Notes under the pieces: model-generated
Seen by the model: the letters and a program-made list of their open reading frames with translations, nothing else
What the model was told of the DNA's origin: nothing
Databases searched by the model: none
Assembly (NCBI GenBank): GCA_964248365.1
Contig: CAXTYC010000009.1
Coordinates: 32,001 to 96,000 of the forward strand
Direction of reading: 5' to 3'
DNA: 64,000 nucleotides
Source: an uncultured Chroococcidiopsis sp.
Lineage (GTDB): Bacteria > Cyanobacteriota > Cyanobacteriia > Cyanobacteriales > Chroococcidiopsidaceae
Position numbers and translations under genes: made by a program
Part shown: piece by piece, positions 10,052 through 20,700 of the stretch
How the letters are laid out: every line of letters begins with the position of its first letter
How positions within the stretch are numbered: position 1 is the stretch's first letter

Positions 10052-11098
10052 ATGGCTTCTAGTAGGGTTTCTTTAGCAACAGGTTGGGAGTGGCTGACGA
10101 GGTTAGTCACTAACGAAACTGTGTTTTATGTGGTCAAGCGGCTGTTGCAGGCGCTGTTGACTTTATTGTTGGCATCAGCACTGTCATTTTTTATCATTCA
10201 GTTAGCGCCTGGGAATTTTTTGGATACGCTAAGACAGAATCCGAAAATTTCGCCTGAAACAATTGAGGCATATAAGCGGCAGTTTGGTCTAGATCGATCC
10301 TGGCCAGAACAGTATGTTTTGTGGTTATGGCAAATTTTCACTCAGGGTGATTTTGGTCGTAGTTTCGTTTATCAGCGTTCTGTTTCTTCTCTATTGTGGG
10401 AGCGAATGGGGGCAACACTGCTACTTGCGATCGCTTCTTTAATTATCACATGGGCGATCGCTATTCCTCTGGGTATCATCGCTGCTGTGAAGCAAAATCA
10501 CCTAATTGACCGACTATTACAAATTATCAGCTACACCGGACAAGGATTTCCTAGCTTCATCACCGCCCTCTTATTGCTCATCTTGGCGCAAAACACTTCT
10601 CCTCTGTTTCCAGTAGGCGACATGACTAGCATTGACCACGCCGACCTAAATCCTGTGGGCAAATTTCTAGATATCGGCTGGCACATGATTTTACCAACCC
10701 TAGCTTTGAGTGTTACTAGCTTTGCTGGGTTGCAGCGTATCACAAGAGGTGAATTATTAGATGTACTACGCCAAGATTACATTCAGACAGCTCGTGCCAA
10801 AGGATTACCAGAAAACCGCGTTATCTACGTCCACGCTCTCCGTAACGCCGTTAATCCCCTCATTACCCTGCTAGGATTTGAGTTAGCTAGTTTATTAAGC
10901 GGTGCATTCATCGCTGAATTTTTCTTCAACTGGCCAGGTTTAGGGCGTTTAATTTTACAAGCTGTACTAGCCAAAGACCTCTATTTAATCATGGCAAGCC
11001 TGGTAATGGGCGCGGTAATGCTAATTATTGGCAATTTAATCGCCGACCTGCTACTCAAGGTTGTAGACCCCCGCATTCGCCTAGAAAACCTCAATTAG
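10052..11098 (+). CDS. Peptide/nickel ABC transporter permease (OppB/DppB family)
   Basis: DYIQTARAKGL, HALRNA, FNWPGLG, DPRIR motifs. Confidence 0.92.
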   Translation: MASSRVSLATGWEWLTRLVTNETVFYVVKRLLQALLTLLLASALSFFIIQLAPGNFLDTLRQNPKISPETIEAYKRQFGLDRSWPEQYVLWLWQIFTQGDFGRSFVYQRSVSSLLWERMGATLLLAIASLIITWAIAIPLGIIAAVKQNHLIDRLLQIISYTGQGFPSFITALLLLILAQNTSPLFPVGDMTSIDHADLNPVGKFLDIGWHMILPTLALSVTSFAGLQRITRGELLDVLRQDYIQTARAKGLPENRVIYVHALRNAVNPLITLLGFELASLLSGAFIAEFFFNWPGLGRLILQAVLAKDLYLIMASLVMGAVMLIIGNLIADLLLKVVDPRIRLENLN

Positions 11099-11188
11099 GG
11101 GTTAGGGAGAGGGGGAGAGGGGGAGAGTGGGAGAGTGGGAGAATAATTAATTACGAATTACGAATTACGAATTACGAATTATTATCCT

Positions 11189-11473
11189 ATGTTGTCCCAA
11201 GTTTATTACCTTGTCCGCTCCAAAACAGATGGTCGTTATCTGGTAGCTCGTCCGAATCAAGATAATGCTTTGGGCTATCTGTTGCTGTTTCGTGAACATT
11301 TTGAAGCACTCTCGTATCTGAATACGCATGGTGTTGGTGTAGCTGAGCAATTTGCCATCGAATCTCTTCCTAGTACACACTTAAAAGGGTTGCTTAAACG
11401 TTGGGGATTCACAGGTGTAGGTATTGTTCAAGATCCACTACTACCAAACATTGAATTTTTCTCTCAAAATTGA
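11189..11473 (+). CDS. Hypothetical protein
   Basis: 94-aa ATG ORF in a gene-sized gap; resembles conserved cyanobacterial hypotheticals. Confidence 0.75.
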   Translation: MLSQVYYLVRSKTDGRYLVARPNQDNALGYLLLFREHFEALSYLNTHGVGVAEQFAIESLPSTHLKGLLKRWGFTGVGIVQDPLLPNIEFFSQN

Positions 11474-11678
11474 CTGATGGGTTTTGGAGGGGAAAGGAGA
11501 AGCCGAAGGCGTATTGACAGATTTAACACTAGCTAAACTAAATAACATATCTATCCTGGTGCAGATGTGATTAAAGCAACAGTTTCAGCTAATCAATATA
11601 TAGACTGTGCAAAATTTTGCTCAATTTTAGCCAAATACAGCCTAAAATAAATATTGCTACAAACAGGAGAGATTAAAT

Positions 11679-12047
11679 ATGCGCTTTATTCGCTCGAATC
11701 TATCTGCTCTGCGTCCTATGCGCTTCTTAGTAGCTGTCTGTATCAGCGCTTTAGTAGTATTCTCCCAAGCTTTTCCTGCCTTTAGCGCTCCTGTCAATCC
11801 TACTGGCAGCCCAAACGCTCCTGCTGAGGGTGAATCGCAGCTTTTAGACATTGAAAAAGAAGCACAAAAAGCAGTTTTGGAAAAACCATACTCACTCGAA
11901 CAAACACAAGCAAAAGCAAACGCAGGTCTCAACGAACTCCAAGGAACTGCTGATGCTGACAAGATGAAGCGTCCAGAAAATGCTCAAGCAAGCTCAGTTG
12001 AAGACAAATTAAAGAATGTTCTGGAAAAAGCTACAGGCAGAGATTGA
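11679..12047 (+). CDS. Secreted low-temperature/stress-induced-like protein
   Basis: RBS AGGAGA; signal peptide; GLNELQGTADADKMKRPEN motif. Confidence 0.7.
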   Translation: MRFIRSNLSALRPMRFLVAVCISALVVFSQAFPAFSAPVNPTGSPNAPAEGESQLLDIEKEAQKAVLEKPYSLEQTQAKANAGLNELQGTADADKMKRPENAQASSVEDKLKNVLEKATGRD

Positions 12048-12092
12048 AGCCTTTGATGCATTGAAGCAATAAATCAGTAGTATTTTTTATTT

Positions 12093-12126
12093 AACAGGGA
12101 TGACTCTACCTAGAGTCATCCCTGTT
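12093..12126 (+). terminator. Intrinsic terminator hairpin
   Basis: Perfect 16-bp inverted repeat AACAGGGATGACTCTA-cc-TAGAGTCATCCCTGTT, 45 bp after the stop, followed by T-rich sequence. Confidence 0.8.
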
Positions 12127-12991
12127 TGCTGTTTTGCACAATTTACCGACTGATCTCCTCCTTAAGTGTTGCTAGCCTATTACCTAGTTGGATATTATTC
12201 TAGAGTAAATTTATACAAGTTTTTTTAAATACATCTTCACCTTGAATGCCGCTAAAAAAAAAATTTTATTCAGTTACCAGTAACCTTTTGTGTAATATCT
12301 TGCTTTCTGGTCACTATTGACGGGAACTGAAGCTGTTGCTTTATACAAGTGTAATATAAATATCTAAGGTTGTATATTGTATCTCTGTTTGACGCATATG
12401 CAAAGCAGAGAAATATAAAAAGATTAAATTAATTACCTGGAATTTTTAGTTAATATTTTTACTTATAGCAGATACCCCTTTAGGGAGATTACAAAAAGAT
12501 CTTTGTTACCTTATTGCCAAAAACCTCAAGTAGAGGTAAGTTTTATATGTGCCGAAAATTTTGTCAGCTTTTACTGACAAAGGAAAAATTATACCAGATA
12601 TATAGCTTTTTCCCTTATGTGAAGCACTAAATAGTATTAATTAATATAATTAAAACAAAACTGTATAAACATATACTCATAAAAAGTGGGATGTGTATGT
12701 GAGAATAAAATTTAGAACAAAAGCATAAAACTGGATAACCGTTTCGATAATGCATATACGGCTGAGTGTCATAAAAGAGTTAATGCCGGAATGCTTCATT
12801 TGTACACACTTTAAAGCAGTGAGTGAATATAATGAGCGCAGTTTTAGCTTTGCGATCTCAAATTAACTCTTTTACCTGGTGTGGTTAGAAAATTAGCTTG
12901 TGTTTAAATATGTAAAGAATTAAAATTAAGCACGTTATATCTAGCGACAAATACGTAAGAAAGTAATTGAACTAAATTTCTTCCTGGCAGC

Positions 12992-15295
12992 ATGGTACTA
13001 GACAAAGCAATGCATTCACTCAAAGCAACACCAGAAGGAATTACCAGAGCAAACAAAGCGGTATTAACATTTGCTACCAAGATGAACTTGGCAACAGAAC
13101 TAGAAATATCGCGCGCCACACTACAGAACTTTTTTGCAGGCAAATCAATACGCCGAGAAAATTTTTATAAAATCTGCCAAAAGCTTAGATTACCTTGGCA
13201 AGAAATTGCTGATCTTGAATTAAAATCAGAAAAAGAAACTCTGGTAGTTTCAAAAAGTCAGATAGACATCGATGCCCTAGTGCAACAAATGCGGCAGCAA
13301 GGCAGCGCAAGTATACAACAAAAATGTGGCTGTATGCGGGTGCTAGATATGTCGCAACCAATGGCGTTAAATGACATATATACTAGCGTTAACCTCTTAG
13401 AAAAAATCAATGGGCGGCGACGACTAGAAATACCAGACTTATTGAAAGTTTGTATAGCGACAGAATTTGAACGCCCAGGATTAGGGCGTAGCACTCAAAT
13501 CCCCACCCAGGGATTAGAAGTAGTGCAAAAATACCCGAAATTAATTGTATTGGGCAAACCAGGAGCAGGCAAGACTACATTTTTGAAATACATTGCCTTG
13601 CAATGTGATAGTGGGAAAATACACAGCGATCGCGTACCTATATTTATCTCACTCAAAGACTATGCCGAAGCTACACCTGACCAAAGCCTGCTGACATACA
13701 TTAGTGAAATATTTACCGATAGCGGCAATTGCACAAATGCTGTAGAACAAATCTGTATTCAAGGCAAAGCTCTCATCTTACTTGATGGTCTAGATGAAGT
13801 GAGAGAAAATGATTGCTACCGCGTGTTGCAAGAATTACGACATTTTACAGCCAAGTATCACTTAAATCATTTCGTTCTGACTTGTCGCCTTGCCACTAGG
13901 GAATATACATTTGAAGAATTTACTGAAGTCGAAGTTGCTGATTTTAGTGAAGCACAGATAGCTAGATTTGTGAGCAGATGGTTTGCCCATAAAGATCCCA
14001 GCTCTAGCCGCAAGTTTCTGACTAAATTAGAGCAACATCAATCTATCCAAGAACTAGCTACCAATCCCCTATTACTTACCCTTCTGTGTCTAAGTTTCGA
14101 AGAATCAGGCGATTTTCCAGCAAATCGAGCCGAGTTATACAAAGAAGGGCTGAATGTAATGCTGCGTAAATGGGATGCCAAACGCAATATTGAGCGAGAG
14201 CAAATCTACAAAAAACTCTCCGTCCAGCACAAGAAAGACTTGCTCGGTCAAATTGCTTTACAAACGTTTGAACGAGGAGAATACTTTTTCCGTCAACAAG
14301 AACTAGAGCAGCAAATTGCTGAATATATCCGTAATATTCCCAGCGTGAGCCAGGATGTTCAGCACTTGCAAATTGATAGTGAAGCAGTACTAAAATCAAT
14401 CGAGGCACAACACGGGTTATTGGTAGAACGGGCAAGAGGAATTTACTCGTTTTCCCATTTGACTTTTCAGGAGTATTTCACGACGAGGGAAATTATTTCC
14501 AGTGCTGACCCTAAAGAGTTGGAGGTAGGGTTACAAAAGTTGGCGCAACGAGTGACACAAAAGCGCTGGCGGGAAGTGTTTTTATTGAGCATGGGGATGT
14601 TACGTAATGCTGATTATCTGTTGCAGTTGATGAAGCAGCAGATCGATTCTTTCTTAGCAGATGATCCCCACCTGCAAGCTTTCTTGGGTTGGCTGGGTCA
14701 CAAGTCTCGCTCTACGGATGTACCCTATCCATCAGTGCAAGTGCGGGCGTTTTATTTTGATTTGGATTTCGCCAGGGTGCTAGATGTTGCAGGAACGTTG
14801 GATTTAGTGCGATCGTTCGATCCTGGCTTTACCCGTGAGCTTGACACAACGCTTGCGCTTGACCTTGCCCTAGATCGAGCGCTAGCGATTAATCGTGTGT
14901 TTGAGACTACTACTAACAATCATCTTGCCCGTTCGATTGATCGCGTCTTGGCAAGAGCGATCGCCAGGGCGAGGGTAGCTCAGCCAAAGCTAGCAACTGC
15001 ATTAGAACAACTCAAAGATGGGCTACCCCATTGGACAGTAGATGCGCCAAAATTTGAACTATGGTGGCTAGTTAACGGTAAAGCTTGGATTGAGCAACTC
15101 AGAGCAGTAATGATTCAACAGCGCAATCTAGGTCATGTATGGCAGTTTAGCAACCAGCAAAAAACGGCATTAAAGCAGTATTATGAGGCAAATCAGTTGC
15201 TAGTAGATTGTCTCAAAAGTGACTGTTATGTAAGTAGTAGCTTACGGCATTCGATCGAGTCAACAATGTTGCTGCCCTTTACACCAATTGTCTAG
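12992..15295 (+). CDS. HTH-NACHT NTPase with C-terminal helical domain
   Basis: N-terminal HTH (LATELEISRATLQNFF); Walker A GKPGAGKTT; Walker B LILLDGLDE; NPLLL; FSHLTFQEYF. Confidence 0.9.
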   Translation: MVLDKAMHSLKATPEGITRANKAVLTFATKMNLATELEISRATLQNFFAGKSIRRENFYKICQKLRLPWQEIADLELKSEKETLVVSKSQIDIDALVQQMRQQGSASIQQKCGCMRVLDMSQPMALNDIYTSVNLLEKINGRRRLEIPDLLKVCIATEFERPGLGRSTQIPTQGLEVVQKYPKLIVLGKPGAGKTTFLKYIALQCDSGKIHSDRVPIFISLKDYAEATPDQSLLTYISEIFTDSGNCTNAVEQICIQGKALILLDGLDEVRENDCYRVLQELRHFTAKYHLNHFVLTCRLATREYTFEEFTEVEVADFSEAQIARFVSRWFAHKDPSSSRKFLTKLEQHQSIQELATNPLLLTLLCLSFEESGDFPANRAELYKEGLNVMLRKWDAKRNIEREQIYKKLSVQHKKDLLGQIALQTFERGEYFFRQQELEQQIAEYIRNIPSVSQDVQHLQIDSEAVLKSIEAQHGLLVERARGIYSFSHLTFQEYFTTREIISSADPKELEVGLQKLAQRVTQKRWREVFLLSMGMLRNADYLLQLMKQQIDSFLADDPHLQAFLGWLGHKSRSTDVPYPSVQVRAFYFDLDFARVLDVAGTLDLVRSFDPGFTRELDTTLALDLALDRALAINRVFETTTNNHLARSIDRVLARAIARARVAQPKLATALEQLKDGLPHWTVDAPKFELWWLVNGKAWIEQLRAVMIQQRNLGHVWQFSNQQKTALKQYYEANQLLVDCLKSDCYVSSSLRHSIESTMLLPFTPIV

Positions 15296-15346
15296 CTAAA
15301 GCTTTCTTCTCTAGAATCGAAGCGCGATCGCCCAAAGATACTTTAC

Positions 15347-15408
15347 TTTACATCTTGCACCAGTATCTAATAGAGGAGGTTCGCTCCTCCCCAAGTGCAA
15401 GATGTAAA
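15347..15408. repeat. Short palindromic MITE/REP-like element
   Basis: 14-bp inverted repeats TTTACATCTTGCAC...GTGCAAGATGTAAA with an internal hairpin; same terminal motif as the element at 55056. Confidence 0.65.
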
Positions 15409-15822
15409 TTACCAAAAAAAAGTGTAGTTAAGCCAAAAAGTAGTTATTTAGATCTGGAAGCTAGCGCCCAAATTTTTTTTGGGCTTGGTCTAGGATTATA
15501 CTGTCTCAAGAACTGCTGTATGGAAAGCACATTATGCCGCCCCCCAAACCCATCATCAATAGCTTGATTCAACTGTATGACACAAAGGGCGGCTAGTGAC
15601 TCATCGTGACCAGTGGCGAGGGAAAAAATTATAAATTATAAATTATGAATTATGAATTCATAATTCGTAATTTAGCATAGCCCTAGCAAGGCTAAGTGTC
15701 TTATGCATCTCTATTGGGACTCCAGAATTGCTGACTACTCAGCTTATATTTATTTGTTGTAAGGAGCGCTTAGGCAACTTGCCTTTGATTTCGTTCCCTT
15801 GATTTTAGTGTGAGGAAATACA

Positions 15823-17556
15823 GTGAAACGACACTATTTGTTCCATAGCTTCTTGTCAAGTCTAGCTTTAACGCTTTTAACCACTCACAGTGCCTCGTCT
15901 GTGCCAGCTGTACAAGTAACAGTTGTACCGTCTCACTCTACAGTTAGGCATACAAAAGTCAAACCAGTGAAAGAGAAAAATCTTCGGATAAGTGCGCTTA
16001 AAAAAGTTCATAGGAATGCAGTAAAGCTAATTCGCCCGAATCTTGGTGTGGTACGCAAAACTAACCAGCTAACGGTTCAAAACGGGCAAAAACTAGGGCA
16101 AAAACTAGCGCAAACACCCAGCCCCGCCCCAGGTAATAGTAATTCAAATACTCCTAATCCCACATTGCCACAGCAGCAGCAAGAGCCAGCTAAAACCGAT
16201 CTTCCCAGTCGCAATACCCCACCTCCTAGCTACCTCAACCCTAATCCAAATCCCCTGCGACTTCCCACTAACCCAGCAGAAGTACAAATCTTGGGAGCTG
16301 AACCGATTACCTTGCAACAGGCGTTGGAGTTAGCACGGCGGAATAATCGTGAGCTACAGCAGGCACAATTTGCTGTAGAACGCTCTCGTGCTGCACTGCG
16401 AGCACAGGAAGCAGCCCTGTATCCCACGCTAGGTTTAAACGCTGGAGTTGCTAATCGAGACAGCTATATCTTTGGTGATGCACCAGATTTAGGGGCAGGG
16501 CAGCAGTTTGATAATAATTCCACTGGAGTCAACGGCAATTTGCAGTTAAATTACAACTTATATACCTCTGGTAGGCGCTCTGCCTCAATTCGAGCAGCAA
16601 GAGAGCAGCTGCGTAACGATCAGTTAGATCTTGAGCGCCTACGTGAGGACACTCGTTTAAATGTTTCCAATGATTACTACAACTTGCAACAAGCAGATGA
16701 GAACGTAAGAATTCAACGGTCTGCTTTGACTAATGCTCTGGCTTCTTTACGTGATGCACAAGCTTTAGAACAAGCAGGGGTGGGAACTCGCTTTGATGTT
16801 CTGACAGCTCAGGTGCAGGTAGCACAGGCGCAACAAGCTCTGACTGATGCCTTGAGTCAACAGCGCATTTCCAGAAGGACATTAGCAACAAGGCTTTCTT
16901 TATCTGAAAATGTGATTATCACTGCCGCCGACCCAGTGCAAATATCAGGGCTTTGGAATTTGTCACAAGAACAAAGTATTGTGCAAGCTTTTCAAAATCG
17001 TGCCGAACTCGAACAGCAGCTAGCACAGCGCACTATTAGTCAGCAACGGCGACGAATTGCCCTATCTAGTCTTGGACCACAAATTAGTCTGACTGCTACA
17101 TACAGCCTTCAGAATACATTTGGCAACAACAATAATAACAACTTTAGTAGAAACTTTACGGATAATTACTCTTTGGGAGCAAACTTATCCCTGAGTTTAT
17201 ACGAAGGCGGTGCGGCAAGAGCAGCAGCTAGGCAAGAAGAAGCTAATATTGCGATCGCTGAAAGTAATTTTGCACTAACTCGCGATCAGATTCGCTTGCA
17301 GGTAGAACAAGCCTATTCGCAATTGCAGTCTAATTTTGTCAACATTCAAACAGCAACTGTTGCTGTAGAACAAGCCAGGGAAGCTTTACGGTTAGCAAGG
17401 CTGCGATTTCAAGCAGGGGTTGGCACTCAAACTGAAGTCATTGACTCCGAAAACCGACTAACTGTAGCCGAAGGGCAACGAGTAAATGCCATTTTGAGCT
17501 ATAACCGTGCCTTGGCACAATTACAACGATCTATTAGCTCAGGTCAGCAACGCTAA
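15823..17556 (+). CDS. tolC: TolC family outer membrane efflux protein
   Basis: ITLQQALELARRNN, AGVGTRFDVL, ARLRFQAGVGTQTEV repeats. Confidence 0.92.
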   Translation: MKRHYLFHSFLSSLALTLLTTHSASSVPAVQVTVVPSHSTVRHTKVKPVKEKNLRISALKKVHRNAVKLIRPNLGVVRKTNQLTVQNGQKLGQKLAQTPSPAPGNSNSNTPNPTLPQQQQEPAKTDLPSRNTPPPSYLNPNPNPLRLPTNPAEVQILGAEPITLQQALELARRNNRELQQAQFAVERSRAALRAQEAALYPTLGLNAGVANRDSYIFGDAPDLGAGQQFDNNSTGVNGNLQLNYNLYTSGRRSASIRAAREQLRNDQLDLERLREDTRLNVSNDYYNLQQADENVRIQRSALTNALASLRDAQALEQAGVGTRFDVLTAQVQVAQAQQALTDALSQQRISRRTLATRLSLSENVIITAADPVQISGLWNLSQEQSIVQAFQNRAELEQQLAQRTISQQRRRIALSSLGPQISLTATYSLQNTFGNNNNNNFSRNFTDNYSLGANLSLSLYEGGAARAAARQEEANIAIAESNFALTRDQIRLQVEQAYSQLQSNFVNIQTATVAVEQAREALRLARLRFQAGVGTQTEVIDSENRLTVAEGQRVNAILSYNRALAQLQRSISSGQQR

Positions 17557-17655
17557 AACCAGAGGCTAGGGGCAAGGAAAACAATTATCAATTGTTCATT
17601 ATTCATTGCGAACTTGATAATTGTTTTCCCTTTTCCCTTTTCCCCTTGTCCTCCC

Positions 17656-18558
17656 CTAGCCTCTAGCCCCTTGCGATAGCTTAAGATTCAAAATTGACAA
17701 AACCAAGATCACCAAAAACAGCACTAAGCCAATCGTACAAGCATAACTCATCTCTAAGTTGCGGAAGCCTTGCTCATAGAGATAATAAACAATTGTTTTA
17801 GAACTGTTGCGTGGTCCTCCTTGAGTCATGATGTAAATTTCTTCAAATACCTTCGTCGCAGAAATGGCAGAAATCACACCTACTAGGACTAAATAGGGTT
17901 TCATCAACGGTACTGTAATATCCCAGTGTTTTCGCATACCGTCCGAGCCGTCTATCGCAGCTGCTTCATATAAATCTGCTGGGATAGATTGCAACCCAGC
18001 TAAGTAAATCACCATGTAATAGCCCAATCCTTTCCATACCGTCACCGCCATCACGCTGAAAATGGCGAATTTAGGGCTAGTCAACCAGGGAATGCCATTT
18101 GTGCTGAATATCCCTAACTGTTTGAGTAATTGATTGAGTAAACCGTTTTGGGCATACAGCCATCTCCAGGCAATGCCAGCTACCACCATTGAAATTATAA
18201 CTGGGGTATAATAAGCCGCCCTAAACCATTGCATACCGCGTAGTTTCTGGTTAACTAAAATCGCTAGTGTCAAAGGAATAACTACTAAGATCGGTACAAC
18301 CCCAACTAGATAAATTACAGTATTCCAAAGTGTTTGCCAAAAAACCGGATCAACCCACAGGCGGCGGAAATTGGCAAAACCGATCAATTGCGGCGGTTGA
18401 GTTAGGTCGTATTCGTAGCGGGTAAAGCTGAGATAAAAAGCTTGGAGTGCAGGATAAAAGACTGTTAGCCCCAAAACAAGGAGTGCTGGTAGCAAAAATA
18501 GGTAAGGCGTTAGTCGCTGTCCAATTAAGCCCCAATTTACAGCTATTGATTTTTGCAT
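17656..18558 (-). CDS. Carbohydrate ABC transporter permease (LacF-like)
   Basis: EAA loop LYEAAAIDG; WKGLGYYMVIYLAGLQ; likely ATG at 18558. Confidence 0.92.
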   Translation of the reverse strand: MQKSIAVNWGLIGQRLTPYLFLLPALLVLGLTVFYPALQAFYLSFTRYEYDLTQPPQLIGFANFRRLWVDPVFWQTLWNTVIYLVGVVPILVVIPLTLAILVNQKLRGMQWFRAAYYTPVIISMVVAGIAWRWLYAQNGLLNQLLKQLGIFSTNGIPWLTSPKFAIFSVMAVTVWKGLGYYMVIYLAGLQSIPADLYEAAAIDGSDGMRKHWDITVPLMKPYLVLVGVISAISATKVFEEIYIMTQGGPRNSSKTIVYYLYEQGFRNLEMSYACTIGLVLFLVILVLSILNLKLSQGARG

Positions 18559-18657
18559 TTTGAAAAAAGTAATGATAAATGCAGAAATTATAAGTGATGA
18601 ATTATGAAAGTTAATATTCAAATTCTTGAACTTAGATCTTGCATCCTTTACAGGTAG

Positions 18658-18774
18658 AACGACGGCTAGAGCTAGTTCCAAGGCTGGGCTCTTTGGAATT
18701 AGAATATCGAGTCGGAGCCTCATCAACGACTGCTAGAGCTACTTTGGAACTAAGAGATCGAGTCGGAGCTTCAT
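18658..18774. repeat. Two imperfect tandem repeat units between divergent genes
   Basis: AACGAC(G/T)GCTAGAGCTA...CTTTGGAA...ATCGAGTCGGAGC(C/T)TCAT at 18658-18724 and 18725-18774. Confidence 0.85.
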
Positions 18775-18817
18775 TTGTGACTTTTACAATTTGGGCATGA
18801 TATGAGTCAGCAATCTT

Positions 18818-19114
18818 ATGAGAGCAAAAATTGAAAATGGAATTATTTTCCTCCACAAAGAGGACGTGCCGAGTTTCAAAAAAGGCGGTTCCTCTGTGAG
18901 AAACAGCTATTTTTGGGCGCTACGCTCGATCGCAGGTCGAGCAGCGCGCGATCGCGACTGGGAATATGAATCAGAAGTGTGGTTAGCCCTGGCGAGAATG
19001 CTGTTATCCTTTAGTGAATCCGGTTATCTGAGTCTGAAAGAAACCATCCTAGAATTTGAGATTTCGCAACTCGAAATCCCTGAAGTACTGCGAAGCGTTG
19101 CTACATGGGAGTGA
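18818..19114 (+). CDS. Hypothetical protein
   Basis: 98-aa ATG ORF; KKGGSSVRNSYFWALRSIA resembles a conserved cyanobacterial hypothetical. Confidence 0.75.
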   Translation: MRAKIENGIIFLHKEDVPSFKKGGSSVRNSYFWALRSIAGRAARDRDWEYESEVWLALARMLLSFSESGYLSLKETILEFEISQLEIPEVLRSVATWE

Positions 19115-19229
19115 GAGGGGTTAGGGACTAGAAGAGGACAACCCGACAACCCGACAACCCGACAAGGGGAGAATTCACCTCCCTCTAGCCCCTGGTTCCT
19201 CTAGTTCCTCTAGCCCCTAAATTAGCCTC

Positions 19230-20153
19230 TCAATGTGATAGAGAATTGTAGCTAATCTGGTCTGATTTGTATTCAGGCGGCTCCACATGAATTAAAACCC
19301 TGACTGGGCTAAATTTTTCTTCTAGTCGTGTTTCCACTTCTTCAGTAATGCGGTGAGCAGTGTCTACATCTTTAGCATCTACAATTAAATGCATTTCAAT
19401 AAAGACTTGACGACCAACCAAACCGCGAGAGGCAATATCATGGCAGTTGATTACTCCAGTCACAGACAATGCAATCTTGTGAATTTCTTCTGGGGCGATC
19501 GCCATTTCGTCCACCAGCCAAGGCAAATTTTCTTTGATCACATCCCAGCCACTGCGAAATACTAGCAGGGCGACAGGAAAAGCCAAAATCACATCTAGCC
19601 ATGCAAGTTGTGGTAAATTCAAAACTCGTCCCTGCCAAACACCAATCAACCCAGCGATCACAGTGATAGTCACCCATACATCACTCATAGTATGCTTAGC
19701 ATCTGCAATTAAAATTGAGCTACCCACGCGCTGACCTACGCCACGTTCATAAAAGGCAACGAAAATATTCACGCCTAGCACAATTAGCAGCAACCACAAC
19801 TCTGATGCAGAGATCTTGACTGGTTCACCTGGGTTGACAATTCGCTCGATTGCTCCCTGTAAAATCTCAAAGCAGGCTATACCCAAAAAGGCTGCAATTC
19901 CCAATGCTCCCACAGCTTCAAATTTCTGGTGTCCGTAGGGGTGATCGCGATCGGGTATGGGAGAAGAAAACCGACTGGTAATTAATCCCAAGACATTATT
20001 AGCGCTGTCTGTAACACTATGCAAAGCATCGGCTATCAAGCTCAGAGAACCTGTCCACCAGCCTAGTACTGCCTTCAATACCATCACAAATAGATTGAGT
20101 AATAGGGTGATGAGCAAAACTTTACGTACTGCCAAGCGGTGATCTGAAACCAT
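19230..20153 (-). CDS. Cation diffusion facilitator (CDF) transporter
   Basis: ADALHSVTD, HPYGHQKFE, ADAKHTMSD, IHVEP. Confidence 0.95.
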   Translation of the reverse strand: MVSDHRLAVRKVLLITLLLNLFVMVLKAVLGWWTGSLSLIADALHSVTDSANNVLGLITSRFSSPIPDRDHPYGHQKFEAVGALGIAAFLGIACFEILQGAIERIVNPGEPVKISASELWLLLIVLGVNIFVAFYERGVGQRVGSSILIADAKHTMSDVWVTITVIAGLIGVWQGRVLNLPQLAWLDVILAFPVALLVFRSGWDVIKENLPWLVDEMAIAPEEIHKIALSVTGVINCHDIASRGLVGRQVFIEMHLIVDAKDVDTAHRITEEVETRLEEKFSPVRVLIHVEPPEYKSDQISYNSLSH

Positions 20154-20160
20154 GTAAATA

Positions 20161-20415
20161 AGGGGCTAGAGGCTAGGGGCTAGGGGCTAGAAAGAGGGGC
20201 AGGGGGGACTCGGTGTCCCCTCTGGGGATAGGGGGGAGAGGGGATCTGGGGGGACTCGGTGTCCCCGGTTCCGAAGGAACTGGGGATAGGGGGGCTTCGG
20301 GGTCACTCGCGTAGTGGGGTTGGGGGGAAGAGGGGGGCAGGGAGGCAGAGGGGCAGGGGAAGCTGGGGGGAAATTACGAATTACCTTTTACCTTAACCCT
20401 TTACCCTTTTCCCTA
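20161..20415. repeat. Composite STRR tract with duplicated G-rich unit
   Basis: (GGGGCTA)n; two copies of GGGGGACTCGGTGTCCCC...TGGGGATAGGGGGG; (TTTACCC)n. Confidence 0.8.
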
Positions 20416-20700
20416 CTTACTATGAACTAATGTAAAACATAAAACAAGAATAAAAGGTTTCAAACCGTTACATAGTAAAGATTCTGTTTGTCTTTAAGCT
20501 CAAGATATTTACCGGACTTATTAATAAAATCTCTTAATTAACAGTAAGGATATGGTAAGGCGTTAGCGTTCACGAAGTGTAGCGAAGCGTCTAGCGTGAG
20601 CGTAGTTATCGCCCCTACTACAAATTTCTTTAGTTAATCTCTTTGCCCTATGTAACTCTTTCTTCTAGCATTAGTAGCAGAATATTAAATTCAATCGTTC

